Shown here piece after piece: positions 9,806-17,945 of a stretch of DNA of 64,000 nucleotides; within the stretch, counting starts at the first letter, position 1, and each line of letters opens with the position of its first letter. Source of the stretch: Dysgonomonas hofstadii (lineage in GTDB: Bacteria; Bacteroidota; Bacteroidia; Bacteroidales; Dysgonomonadaceae); assembly GCA_040395895.1 (NCBI GenBank), contig JBEBPN010000021.1, positions 1,596-65,595 on the forward strand, read 5' to 3'. A model generated the notes under the pieces. The model was not told where the DNA came from. It searched no databases and was given only the letters and a program-made list of their open reading frames with translations. The translations under genes were made by a program, and so were the position numbers.

Positions 9806-9927
9806 TTGCCTCCACTTTTAAGTGGAGGGGATCGAGGAATATAGATAAAAGGCCTCAGCCAAAGCAGTTTGACTAAAGTCATTTAGTTGATAAATCCTGT
9901 TCCACGCCTTTTAAGGCGCGGCAACTG
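9806..9927 (+). ncRNA. Candidate structured element or 5' leader of unknown class
   Basis: A closing helix GTTGCC (9806-9811) / GGCAAC (9922-9927) encloses three hairpins: CCTCCAC-TTTTAA-GTGGAGG, TGACT-AA-AGTCA and CGCC-TTTTAA-GGCG. It lies 70 nt upstream of the 9998 ATG. Confidence 0.3.
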
Positions 9928-9997
9928 CAAATAGTAGATGTCTTATGTTTTTGTTTAAAACGAGCACTAAAAATTATAAATCAAACATTTAAAGATT

Positions 9998-10651
9998 ATG
10001 GCAAAGTATAGTGAAGAACTGACAAATAAGATTGTGGAACTGATTGCAGATAAATTTTATTCAATATCGGAAGTATGTACAGCAATAAATATCAGCCGGA
10101 AAACTTTTTATGGCTGGATGAAGACCCAGCCCGGTTTCAAAGAAGAAATAGATACCGCATTGGAGCAGCGCGACGACGCAGCGCTGTCGATGGCAATGTC
10201 TTCGTTGCGGAAGAGATTGGGCAATTATAACCTTACCGAAGAGAAAGACACTTATGTGCCTTGCGAGAACAATCCATCGAAGCTGATACTGAAATCGAGA
10301 ACTGTCCGCAAAAAAGAATATCTGCCCGACTTGCATACCATAAAAATGGTATTGGACAGAGCCGATAGGAAAAAAGCGGCAGCAGAAAAACTTTTGGAGC
10401 AAAAAGAGAAGTCGACGGAGAAAAGCGTTGAGCAACAGAAATCGATAATAGCAATAGATGATAATAATATAGAAATAACCGAAACGATTGCTGCATCTGA
10501 AGAAACGATTGCTACAGATGTAAAAGAATGCAATAAATCTAAAAAGGTAACATCTCAGCAGATAAAGAACAATGTACGCGTTCTGAAACAAGGAAGCAGT
10601 TTGTTGCAATCGGCTAAGCGGTCGGGACGAAGGCTAAAAGTAACAGCCTGA
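9998..10651 (+). CDS. Phage terminase-small-subunit-like HTH protein, an orphan with no other phage genes nearby
   Basis: 217 aa. The N-terminus YSEELTNKIVELIADKFYSISEVCTAINISRKTFYGWMKTQPGFKEEIDTALEQRDD matches the Y-x-E-E...I-x-E-x-IA...S...C...TFY-W...F...A...R-D pattern of prophage TerS-type HTH proteins. The C-terminal half is low-complexity, Lys/Glu-rich. Confidence 0.6.
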   Translation: MAKYSEELTNKIVELIADKFYSISEVCTAINISRKTFYGWMKTQPGFKEEIDTALEQRDDAALSMAMSSLRKRLGNYNLTEEKDTYVPCENNPSKLILKSRTVRKKEYLPDLHTIKMVLDRADRKKAAAEKLLEQKEKSTEKSVEQQKSIIAIDDNNIEITETIAASEETIATDVKECNKSKKVTSQQIKNNVRVLKQGSSLLQSAKRSGRRLKVTA

Positions 10652-10685
10652 AAAATGTGCAGATGTGTTACCTTTGTTACCTTTT

Positions 10686-11180
10686 TTTGATAGTGTATGA
10701 TGGATTTCTTACTGCGCGCAATCACAGATTGCTTGCATTCCTTTTGGCCAAAGCCCCAAAAGGAATCAAAAGCTCTTTAGCGCCCCGCTTCATAGGCCGA
10801 CCCGTTACAGAGCTTAAAGGCTAAACGAAAAAACTCGCTCATAGCTTTGGATAGTCCGAATCGACGACTAAGCTCAAACACGTTTTCGTTTTACGCCTTT
10901 CTCACCCTACGGGTACCCCGTCCATAAAGCTAACGGCGCGGGCTGACGCACAATCTGGAGACAACAATCCTGTCTTGCCAGCGCGTGCGACTTCGTGCAT
11001 TAGCTCCGCAAGCGGGCACCTGTCCGGTACAGGCGGCGTGGAAAGGGATGGGGCGATAGCCCGTTTGTCCCTTTCAGCCGGCAAACCGCTGACAGGTCGC
11101 TGAGGAGCGAAGCACTAGACCTTTTGTTTACTTTTGCGGCAATGGCAAAAGTAAAAACAAGCGCGGGAGTGCGCGTTAGT
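10686..11180 (+). ncRNA. Candidate large structured non-coding RNA, or a cluster of palindromic repeat units; class unknown
   Basis: No credible ORF. By hand count G+C is ~61% over 10921-11100. At least 8 consecutive hairpins are present.
- GCAAT/ATTGC, 10718-10732.
- A 10-bp TTCCTTTTGG/CCAAAAGGAA, 10738-10765.
- AAGCTCT/AGAGCTT, 10770-10815.
- CCTGT/ACAGG.
- An 8-bp GAAAGGGA/TCCCTTTC (11041-11075) with a nested GGGC-GATA-GCCC.
- TCGCT-GAGG-AGCGA, 11097-11110.
- An 11-bp TTTACTTTTGC/GCAAAAGTAAA, 11127-11155.
A TACCTTTG -7-like box sits at 10669-10676, just upstream. The strand assignment is tentative. Confidence 0.35.
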
Positions 11181-11355
11181 TATAAGCCGAATCTATAAAG
11201 ACTAAACTAAGATAGAAGTGAAGTGCATGTAAAATGACTAATGGTATTGAATATTTATTTTATATATTTTCAAATGTCGATTGCAAAATATATAATTTTT
11301 CACCTAACTATTGCATAATCCAAATAATAAACTTTACTTTGTGTTTCAAAGTAGA

Positions 11356-11967
11356 ATGGATATGGAAACAAATCTGGATGATATAAAACACATACGTTCC
11401 ATGATGGAGCGTTCGAGCAAATTCCTGTCACTGAGTGGAATGTCGGGTGTCTCGGCAGGTACTGTCGCTCTGTTGGGAGCAGTGGGTACACATTTTATAC
11501 TCAAAGGCAGTTTTACAATTACAGGCTCGGTAATATACGATCTTATTTTGTTGGCCATACTGGTGATTATTGGCGCTGCTGCTGTTGGATTCTATTTTTG
11601 CGACCGTAAAGCAAAGAAGAACGACTCGAAGTTGTGGATGCCGGTTACATGGCAGGCACTAAAAGACTTTGCTGTACCGATGGTTGTCGGTGGGCTGTTC
11701 TGCATAATCCTGTTATCGAAGAGTATCTGGTGTCTGATAGCTCCATCGATGCTTATATTCTATGGACTGTCGCTTATATATGCCGGTGCCCGTACCTATC
11801 GCGATGTAAAAATGTTGGGAGTGTGCGAGATAATACTCGGACTTATTGCAGCAGCAGTAAACGAGTACAATTTGCTGATATGGGCGCTAGGATTTGGTGT
11901 CCTGCATATATTATACGGTATAATAATATATTATAAATATGACATGAAGTCAGGCAAAAACGGTTGA
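11356..11967 (+). CDS. Integral membrane protein (4-5 TM), hypothetical
   Basis: The track ORF starts at TTG 11311; the first ATG at 11356 gives MDMETNLDDIKHIRSMMERSS... It has several hydrophobic helices. Its stop lies 2 nt upstream of the ATG (11970) of the next gene. Confidence 0.7.
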   Translation: MDMETNLDDIKHIRSMMERSSKFLSLSGMSGVSAGTVALLGAVGTHFILKGSFTITGSVIYDLILLAILVIIGAAAVGFYFCDRKAKKNDSKLWMPVTWQALKDFAVPMVVGGLFCIILLSKSIWCLIAPSMLIFYGLSLIYAGARTYRDVKMLGVCEIILGLIAAAVNEYNLLIWALGFGVLHILYGIIIYYKYDMKSGKNG

Positions 11968-11969
11968 GT

Positions 11970-12269
11970 ATGAAAGATATTATATCAGGATTGAATAAGG
12001 TCTTCGATAGCCGTGTACGTCTGGGTATTATGTCGGTACTGATGGTGAACGATAGTGTCGATTTCAATACAATGAAAGAATTGCTCGATGTTACCGACGG
12101 CAATCTGGCCAGCCACCTCAAAGCACTGGAAAAGGAAGAAGTGATAGAGGTGAAAAAGCAATTTCTGGGACGTAAGCCCAACACTTCGTACAAGGTTACC
12201 CCTCTGGGAGAGAAGCTGTTTAAAGAACATATCGACGCGCTGGAAAAGTTGATTAATCCTTTATCGTAA
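11970..12269 (+). CDS. Winged-helix transcriptional regulator (ArsR/PadR-like small wHTH)
   Basis: RVRLGIMSVLMVNDSVDFNTMKELLDVTDGNLASHLKALEKEEVIEVKKQFLGRKPNTSYKVTPLG is a typical wHTH recognition helix plus wing. The ATG is at 11970, while the track start 11964 is TTG. Confidence 0.8.
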   Translation: MKDIISGLNKVFDSRVRLGIMSVLMVNDSVDFNTMKELLDVTDGNLASHLKALEKEEVIEVKKQFLGRKPNTSYKVTPLGEKLFKEHIDALEKLINPLS

Positions 12270-12319
12270 ATTTTTTTATTTATATACTTTGAAATTCAAA
12301 GAACTTTTATTTTATAATT

Positions 12320-13702
12320 ATGGATACTAAAAAATCATTTCTGAAACAAAAATCAATCACCGGTAAGGCTATCGCTATCGGTGTATTAACTCTGTTGATG
12401 CTTATACCTATAGGCATGGTGATGACCCTGATCACCGAGCGTCAGGGTAATAAAGATGCAGAGCAGACCGAGATGGGCTGGCTTTGGGGCGGCCGTCAGA
12501 CCGTGACAGGTCCTGTTATGGCTGTTCGTTATATTCCTGCCGATTCGCCCAAAGAGGTGCGCACAGCGTATTTCCTGCCTGATGAGTATGCAGTAGAAGG
12601 CAACGTGAAGCCTGAGGAGCGTACAAGAGGCATTCAGAAGATACTCAATTATCAGGCTGAAATGAGTATCAGCGGGCAGTTTGAGTTTCCCGATGTGCAG
12701 GCACTGGGTATCAACCCTTCACAGGTATTGTGGAGCGAAAGCTATCTGATGCTGGGAATACCCAATCTGCAAGGGATAAAGAATAAGATCGATTTTAAGG
12801 TCAACGGGCAGTCGTTGGAGATAGAGCCGAGTGTGCCGCATAATGATATCATATCATCGGGACTGACTATACGGATGGCATTGAATCCTGAACAGAGGCA
12901 AGTCGCCAAATATAACTTCGATCTGGTGTTGAACGGTACCGAAGGGCTTTACTTCCTGCCTATCGGCAAGCAGACTAATATACACCTGACATCTACATGG
13001 AAATCGGTCGAATATATAGGAAGCTTCGTTCCTGCCGAAAAGGCTGATGTGAGCGAAGGTATAGATGCCCGTTGGGATATATACGACTACAACCGCAATT
13101 TTACCCAGATGTGGAAAGGCAAGAATGACGGTCTTGAGCAGTCAAAACTAGGCATAGACTTAGAGTTGCCTGTGAATCATTATGAGAAGACCTTACGGGC
13201 GGTGAAGTATGCTATCATGTTCATCGTACTCACTTTCCTGGTGTTCTTCCTTGTAGAGTTGCTGGGTAAGAAGCGTATACATGCCGTGCAGTATTTGTTG
13301 GTGAGTCTCGCCCTGATCTTGTTCTACACATTGCTGCTGGCATTCTCGGAGCATATCGGCTTCGACTGGTCATATCTTATATCGGCACTGGCTATCGTTC
13401 TGCTTATCACAGCCTATTCCCACTCCATATTCAAGGCAAGGAAGCAGACGGTATTTATGGGGCTGTTCCTGACAGTGCTGTATATATACCTGTACGTAGT
13501 GCTTCAGCAGGAGAATATGGCATTACTGTTCGGTGCTATAGGCTTGTTCGTTGCTTTGGCTGCGGTGATGTATGCCCTGCGTAAGGTAGACTGGTATAAG
13601 GAAGACGAAACAGGAGGTATCAGTAAAGAAACCGAATCGGTAGAGATAAAAGCAGATGATGTGCCTCCCGTATATAAAGACGAAGATGATAATGTAATTT
13701 GA
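12320..13702 (+). CDS. creD: Cell envelope integrity / inner membrane protein CreD
   Basis: 460 aa with an N-terminal TM, a large periplasmic domain and a C-terminal TM bundle. The bundle carries KYAIMFIVLTFLVFFLVELL...IHAVQYLLVSLALILFYTLLLAFSEHIGF, which is characteristic of the CreD family. Confidence 0.8.
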   Translation: MDTKKSFLKQKSITGKAIAIGVLTLLMLIPIGMVMTLITERQGNKDAEQTEMGWLWGGRQTVTGPVMAVRYIPADSPKEVRTAYFLPDEYAVEGNVKPEERTRGIQKILNYQAEMSISGQFEFPDVQALGINPSQVLWSESYLMLGIPNLQGIKNKIDFKVNGQSLEIEPSVPHNDIISSGLTIRMALNPEQRQVAKYNFDLVLNGTEGLYFLPIGKQTNIHLTSTWKSVEYIGSFVPAEKADVSEGIDARWDIYDYNRNFTQMWKGKNDGLEQSKLGIDLELPVNHYEKTLRAVKYAIMFIVLTFLVFFLVELLGKKRIHAVQYLLVSLALILFYTLLLAFSEHIGFDWSYLISALAIVLLITAYSHSIFKARKQTVFMGLFLTVLYIYLYVVLQQENMALLFGAIGLFVALAAVMYALRKVDWYKEDETGGISKETESVEIKADDVPPVYKDEDDNVI

Positions 13703-13852
13703 GTTTAGAGATCGGTCTTAACAGACCTCAGGGAAGGGCGAAAATGTATTCGCTCTTTCTGTTTTATATAAGGAAAAGACTATCTTTACAGGATGTTGAC
13801 TGCTATGGTTAACTGTTAAATGCCGGACTTGAATCTAAAACCAATTGATGCC

Positions 13853-15097
13853 ATGAGAACATCTTTATCCAAGCCCCTGTTATTTTTTCTGGGGATCTTT
13901 ATCTATACTGGTCTTTACGGACAAAAGAACAATGCTGCTGAAGAAATATCAGACAGGCAGTACTGGGCTGATCTTGCATATAAGATATCCGAGCCTGTAC
14001 TGAGTAATATGAGTAAAGGTGAGTTGAGAAAAAATATGACGGTAGAATTAAGCCCTACATGGGACGGACGAAACGAGAATGTAACTTATACCGAAGCCTT
14101 CGGTCGGTTAATGGCAGGTATTTCTCCTTGGCTGGCACTTCCCGATGATGATACAGCAGAAGGTAAGCAGCGTAAACAATTAAGAGAATGGGCGCTAAAG
14201 AGCTATGCTAATGCAGTCGATCCTGCCAGTCCCGATTATTTGCAATGGAAAGGCGTAAGTCAGACATTGGTAGATGCAGCCTACATAGCCAATAGTTTTA
14301 TCCGTGCACCCGAAGCTTTGTGGGAGCCTTTGGATGATGTGACAAAGCAACGGTATATAAAAAAGTTCCGAGAGCTAAGGGAAATACGTCCTCCGTACAA
14401 CAACTGGGTACTGTTCCGTGCAATGATCGAAGCTTTCTTCTTGTCGATAGGAGAGGAGTATGACGGTTTTGCACTCGATGTAGCTATTCGCAAGCTGGAT
14501 GAATGGTATCTGGGTGATGGGTGGTATGCCGACGGAACGGAATATTCATTGGATTATTATAACGGATACGTAATGCACCCTATGCTTGTAGAGATAACCG
14601 GAGTGATGAGCCAAAAGAAGAAACGCAGTCCGGTAAGTTTTGACCTTGCACTTCGGCGTATGCAGCGTTACAATCAGTTGATCGAGCGATTGATTTCACC
14701 CGAAGCAACATTCCCTGCTGTAGGGCGTTCGATGACATATCGTATGGGTGCTTTTCAGACGCTGGCTTTGTCGGCGTGGAAATATGGCGCACCCAATAAA
14801 ATGACAAACGGACAGGTAAGGAATGCGCTGACCTCTGTAATGAAGAGAATGTTCGCTATAGAAGGCAACTTCAATAACGAAGGTTTTCTGCAACTGGGAT
14901 TCGTAGGGCATCAGCCTGATCTGGCTGACTATTATACAAATACCGGTAGCTTGTATATTACATCGCTTGTGTTCCTCCCGCTGGGATTGTCAGAAGATCA
15001 TGATTTCTGGACTTCGCCGGCTGAAGACTGGACATCTCGGAAAGCATGGTTGGGACAGCCCTTTCCGAAGGATTATCATGAGTCAATAAAGAAATAG
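13853..15097 (+). CDS. DUF2264-like protein, secreted, partner of the GH88 hydrolase
   Basis: Signal peptide from ATG 13853 (MRTSLSKPLLFFLGIFIYTGLYGQ). The size and its position directly upstream of a GH88 gene match DUF2264 as I recall the family; this was not verified by search. Confidence 0.6.
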   Translation: MRTSLSKPLLFFLGIFIYTGLYGQKNNAAEEISDRQYWADLAYKISEPVLSNMSKGELRKNMTVELSPTWDGRNENVTYTEAFGRLMAGISPWLALPDDDTAEGKQRKQLREWALKSYANAVDPASPDYLQWKGVSQTLVDAAYIANSFIRAPEALWEPLDDVTKQRYIKKFRELREIRPPYNNWVLFRAMIEAFFLSIGEEYDGFALDVAIRKLDEWYLGDGWYADGTEYSLDYYNGYVMHPMLVEITGVMSQKKKRSPVSFDLALRRMQRYNQLIERLISPEATFPAVGRSMTYRMGAFQTLALSAWKYGAPNKMTNGQVRNALTSVMKRMFAIEGNFNNEGFLQLGFVGHQPDLADYYTNTGSLYITSLVFLPLGLSEDHDFWTSPAEDWTSRKAWLGQPFPKDYHESIKK

Positions 15098-15118
15098 TAA
15101 TTATTAAACTAAATAAAA

Positions 15119-16375
15119 ATGAAATCAGCTCTAAAGACTTTTGCATGTATGCTACTGGTGCTATCAGTAGCAGCCTCCTGTAAGGTATCGCCCGATAAGG
15201 GCGCCGAGAAAGAAAACTTTATTAAAGAAAATGTTTCATTTGCTGCAGCTCAGGCCAACCTGATGTTGCAGGCAGTGGGTGAACCCACAGGTGAAAATTA
15301 TCCCCGAACCATGAAAGATGATGGAACACTGGCCGTAACGAATATGTATGACTGGACGCCCGGTTTCTTTCCCGGATCGCTGTGGTACTTATATGAGCTT
15401 ACGGGTGAAAGCAAATGGAAAGATGCAGCAGAGAAGTGGACAACATCACTGGAGCCATTGAAGACATTTACAGGGCACCACGATCTGGGTTTTATGATGT
15501 ATTGCAGCTATGGCAATGCCGAACGACTTGCTCCTAAGCCTGAGTATAAGGCAATATTGGAAGAAAGTGCCGGTTCGCTATCAACCCGTTTTAGCGATAC
15601 CACCCGTGTTATTAAATCGTGGAATAGATTTAAGTCGTGGGACGATCGCGTCGAATCATCTTATCCTGTTATCATCGATAATATGATGAATCTGGAAATG
15701 CTATTCTATGCTTCAAAAGTCACAGGCGACAAGAAATACTATGATATAGCTGTATCTCATGCAGATGCTACATTAAAGAACCAGTTCAGAAACGATTTCA
15801 GCACTTATCATGTAGTAGCTTACGATCCTGCAACGGGAGCAGTCGTCGACAGAGCTACAGCACAGGGTTATAGCGACAACTCTACTTGGTCGCGCGGACA
15901 GGCATGGGCTATCTATGGATTCACTATGACATACCGAGAAACTAAGGATAAAAAGTATCTGGATGCAGCAATCAAAGCTGCAGACTACTATCTGAAACAT
16001 CTGCCCGAAGATTTGATTCCTCTATGGGATTTCAATGTAGGACAGGAGGGATATGTTCCGGGTAACAGATCGTATGCAACCGAGTATAAGGAACCATTGC
16101 GAGATGCTTCTGCGGGAGCTATTGTATGCTCGGCATTATTTGAACTAGCCGAACTATCAGGTGACACGAGTTATGCCGATAAGGCTGAAAAGATGCTGCA
16201 TAGTTTAGCTTCACCCGCATACAGGGCAGAATTGGGCGCAAATGCCAATTTTATAGTAGAGCATTGCGTAGGCAGCATTCCACATAAGTCGGAAATAGAT
16301 AAGCCGCTGGTGTATGCCGATTACTATTTTCTCGAGGCATTGGTAAGATACAAAAAGTACGGAAGCAACAAGTAG
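15119..16375 (+). CDS. Glycoside hydrolase family 88 (unsaturated glucuronyl hydrolase-like)
   Basis: Lipoprotein signal (LSVAASC). Contains WTPGFFPGSLWYLYELTG, HHDLGFMM and WSRGQAWAIYGF, which are GH88-type motifs. Confidence 0.85.
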   Translation: MKSALKTFACMLLVLSVAASCKVSPDKGAEKENFIKENVSFAAAQANLMLQAVGEPTGENYPRTMKDDGTLAVTNMYDWTPGFFPGSLWYLYELTGESKWKDAAEKWTTSLEPLKTFTGHHDLGFMMYCSYGNAERLAPKPEYKAILEESAGSLSTRFSDTTRVIKSWNRFKSWDDRVESSYPVIIDNMMNLEMLFYASKVTGDKKYYDIAVSHADATLKNQFRNDFSTYHVVAYDPATGAVVDRATAQGYSDNSTWSRGQAWAIYGFTMTYRETKDKKYLDAAIKAADYYLKHLPEDLIPLWDFNVGQEGYVPGNRSYATEYKEPLRDASAGAIVCSALFELAELSGDTSYADKAEKMLHSLASPAYRAELGANANFIVEHCVGSIPHKSEIDKPLVYADYYFLEALVRYKKYGSNK

Positions 16376-16382
16376 AATCATA

Positions 16383-16416
16383 AGAATGCCGTACTCTATA
16401 CAAGATACGGCATTCT
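16383..16416. terminator. Bidirectional hairpin between convergent genes
   Basis: AGAATGCCGTA (16383-16393) / TACGGCATTCT (16406-16416), an 11-bp perfect stem with no strong T-tract. Confidence 0.5.
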
Positions 16417-16436
16417 ATCAGTATGCCCTTATTGGG

Positions 16437-16868
16437 CTATTCCTTGTCGTCCAAAGACCTATTCTTTCTCGCATCCTTTCTTTCTACAAAATAGGCTATC
16501 ACAAGACCGATACCTCCGAATACGGCAGATAGCGCAGGATAGAGAATAGCAGTAGTGTTTCGGAACTCCCGATCGATACTGAATCCATCACCAGCTTGGG
16601 AAACTGCATAAAGATCCATTATTGTGGCAATGGCAAGTCCAAGCCCGATACCTAAGAGCAGGAGTCCGATGCGTATAGACCAAAAGTTGAAATTGCTATT
16701 ATTATATAAAGGCGCTTTGAATTGCTGCCTGAGTATTTGCGGGTCTATTCCGCTTGATAGTTTTTCTATCATTGCCATTCTTTCGCCACGTCTTACAAAC
16801 AACTCGAAGACTTTATAGATGGCTAGGAATACGATTCCGGTAGCCAGAACTGGTGCTAAATTATCCAT
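16437..16868 (-). CDS. Small membrane protein (3 TM), hypothetical, divergent from an ECF sigma gene
   Basis: 143 aa with hydrophobic segments at the N-terminus, middle and C-terminus. No recognised catalytic motif. Confidence 0.6.
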   Translation of the reverse strand: MDNLAPVLATGIVFLAIYKVFELFVRRGERMAMIEKLSSGIDPQILRQQFKAPLYNNSNFNFWSIRIGLLLLGIGLGLAIATIMDLYAVSQAGDGFSIDREFRNTTAILYPALSAVFGGIGLVIAYFVERKDARKNRSLDDKE

Positions 16869-16990
16869 ATCTTTAATTTTTTAGTTATACATTTCTTTTT
16901 TTGTCTCTTTGCTCATTTTGACGCAGTGCTTTTGCAAAGGTTACAAATTACCTATAAAAATTTTTACTGAAATAATTTACATCTATTTTT

Positions 16991-17015
16991 GTAACCTATC
17001 CAACCCTGTTGCGTC
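16991..17015 (+). promoter_or_regulatory. ECF-type promoter candidate
   Basis: GTAACC (16991-16996), a 15-nt spacer, then CGTC (17012-17015). This matches the AAC/CGT signature of ECF-dependent promoters. The -10 element ends 8 nt before ATG 17024. Confidence 0.4.
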
Positions 17016-17023
17016 ATACGAGT

Positions 17024-17578
17024 ATGGCAGATTTTGACGATATCTATTATATAAAGCAGATCAAAAACGGTCATACCGATGCCTTTGTGCACATTGTCCG
17101 CCGATACGAGAGAATGGTATTTACCATTGTCCGTAAGATTGTTTTCTCTCATACCGATGCCGAAGATATTGTGCAGGAGGTATTTATAAAAGCATTTCAG
17201 GCTTTGGATAAGTTCCGAGAAGAGTCGGGATTTGCCACCTGGCTGTATCGTATAACATATAATACAACAATATCGGAACTGCGCAAACGCAAGCATGAAT
17301 TTACTGCCATAGAAGATCATTTTTCAAATATTGCGGACGATGACATATCCGATACAATAGATGAGGTGAGTACGGAAGATAAACTAAAGCATCTGGACTC
17401 AGTTCTGAAAAAGATGCCGCCTGATGATGCCCTCCTTATTACCATGTTCTATATGAATAATCACAGTGTGCAGGATATCAGTCAGATAACAGGGAACTCC
17501 ATAGCTAATGTGAAAGTAAAGTTGCACAGAATAAGAAAATTTATGAACTTTGAAATAAATAAACTCATACAGCAATGA
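17024..17578 (+). CDS. RNA polymerase ECF-type sigma-70 family factor
   Basis: Region 2 (DAEDIVQEVFIKAF, WLYRITYNTTISELRKR) and region 4 (MPPDDALLITMFYMNNHSVQDISQITGNSIANVKVKLHRIR). The track start 17009 is TTG; the ATG is at 17024. Confidence 0.85.
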   Translation: MADFDDIYYIKQIKNGHTDAFVHIVRRYERMVFTIVRKIVFSHTDAEDIVQEVFIKAFQALDKFREESGFATWLYRITYNTTISELRKRKHEFTAIEDHFSNIADDDISDTIDEVSTEDKLKHLDSVLKKMPPDDALLITMFYMNNHSVQDISQITGNSIANVKVKLHRIRKFMNFEINKLIQQ

Positions 17579-17943
17579 TAACAGACGATAATGACAAACT
17601 AAGGAGTTTATTTCAGGAAATAAACCTCGAAGAACCTTCTGCCGGCTTTGAAAACAGGCTGATGCAGCAGGTTCACCATATAGCAGCAAAACAGTCGCGA
17701 AAGAAAAAATGGCTTTCTATATCGGCTATGACCGGAGGTGTACTTGCCATGCTGGGAATACCTGCATTTATATTCTGGTTATTCGGAATCAGTTTTAAGG
17801 CTGACCTGCCATCTGTGAATACAAGTATCCCCGATATGAAAATCGACCCTTTGGTATTATCTGTTGCATGTGTTGCGTTATTCTTACTTATCGGTGATCT
17901 GCTGATACGCAGACGCATCTGGGATAAAAAGCATAAACATTAA
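17575..17943 (+). CDS. Putative anti-sigma factor / small membrane protein
   Basis: 122 aa. A 4-nt overlap (ATGA) with the sigma gene suggests translational coupling. A short cytoplasmic N-terminus is followed by 2 TM helices. Confidence 0.6.
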   Translation: MITDDNDKLRSLFQEINLEEPSAGFENRLMQQVHHIAAKQSRKKKWLSISAMTGGVLAMLGIPAFIFWLFGISFKADLPSVNTSIPDMKIDPLVLSVACVALFLLIGDLLIRRRIWDKKHKH

Positions 17944-17945
17944 GA

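Noticed and set aside
9851-9870. CAGCCAAAGCAG resembles the SRP (4.5S) RNA domain IV string CAGCCAAGGCAG.
   Set aside because: The partner strand (GGUCC-GGAA-GGAAGCAGCC context) and the long closing helix of SRP RNA are absent, so this looks like a coincidental 12-mer similarity.
9806-9927. GTTG...CAAC-type termini and internal hairpins resembling class 2 CRISPR repeats or a tracrRNA.
   Set aside because: There is no tandem repeat-spacer periodicity, only one unit, and no cas genes anywhere in the window.
10902-11084. 60-aa minus-strand ORF inside the GC-rich block.
   Set aside because: The Pro/Ala/Arg/Gly-rich translation has no start context. It coincides exactly with the helix-dense region and is more parsimoniously non-coding.
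10686-11180. Tested the GC-rich block by eye against RNase P RNA, tmRNA, 6S RNA and group II intron ends.
   Set aside because: There is no GGAAAGUCCGG / ACAGAACCCGGCUUA RNase P cores, no tRNA-like CCACCA end or tag ORF, no GUGYG 5' end and no domain V-like hairpin. The class therefore stays unknown rather than being assigned.
9463-11322. Imperfect 17-bp direct repeats (AACTATTAATTAATCCA at 9463-9479, AACTATTGCATAATCCA at 11306-11322) that could mark insertion boundaries of the 1.9-kb island.
   Set aside because: They match at only 14/17 positions in very AT-rich sequence. By rough estimate, several such matches are expected by chance between two ~650-nt tracts. No integrase or recombinase gene is present.
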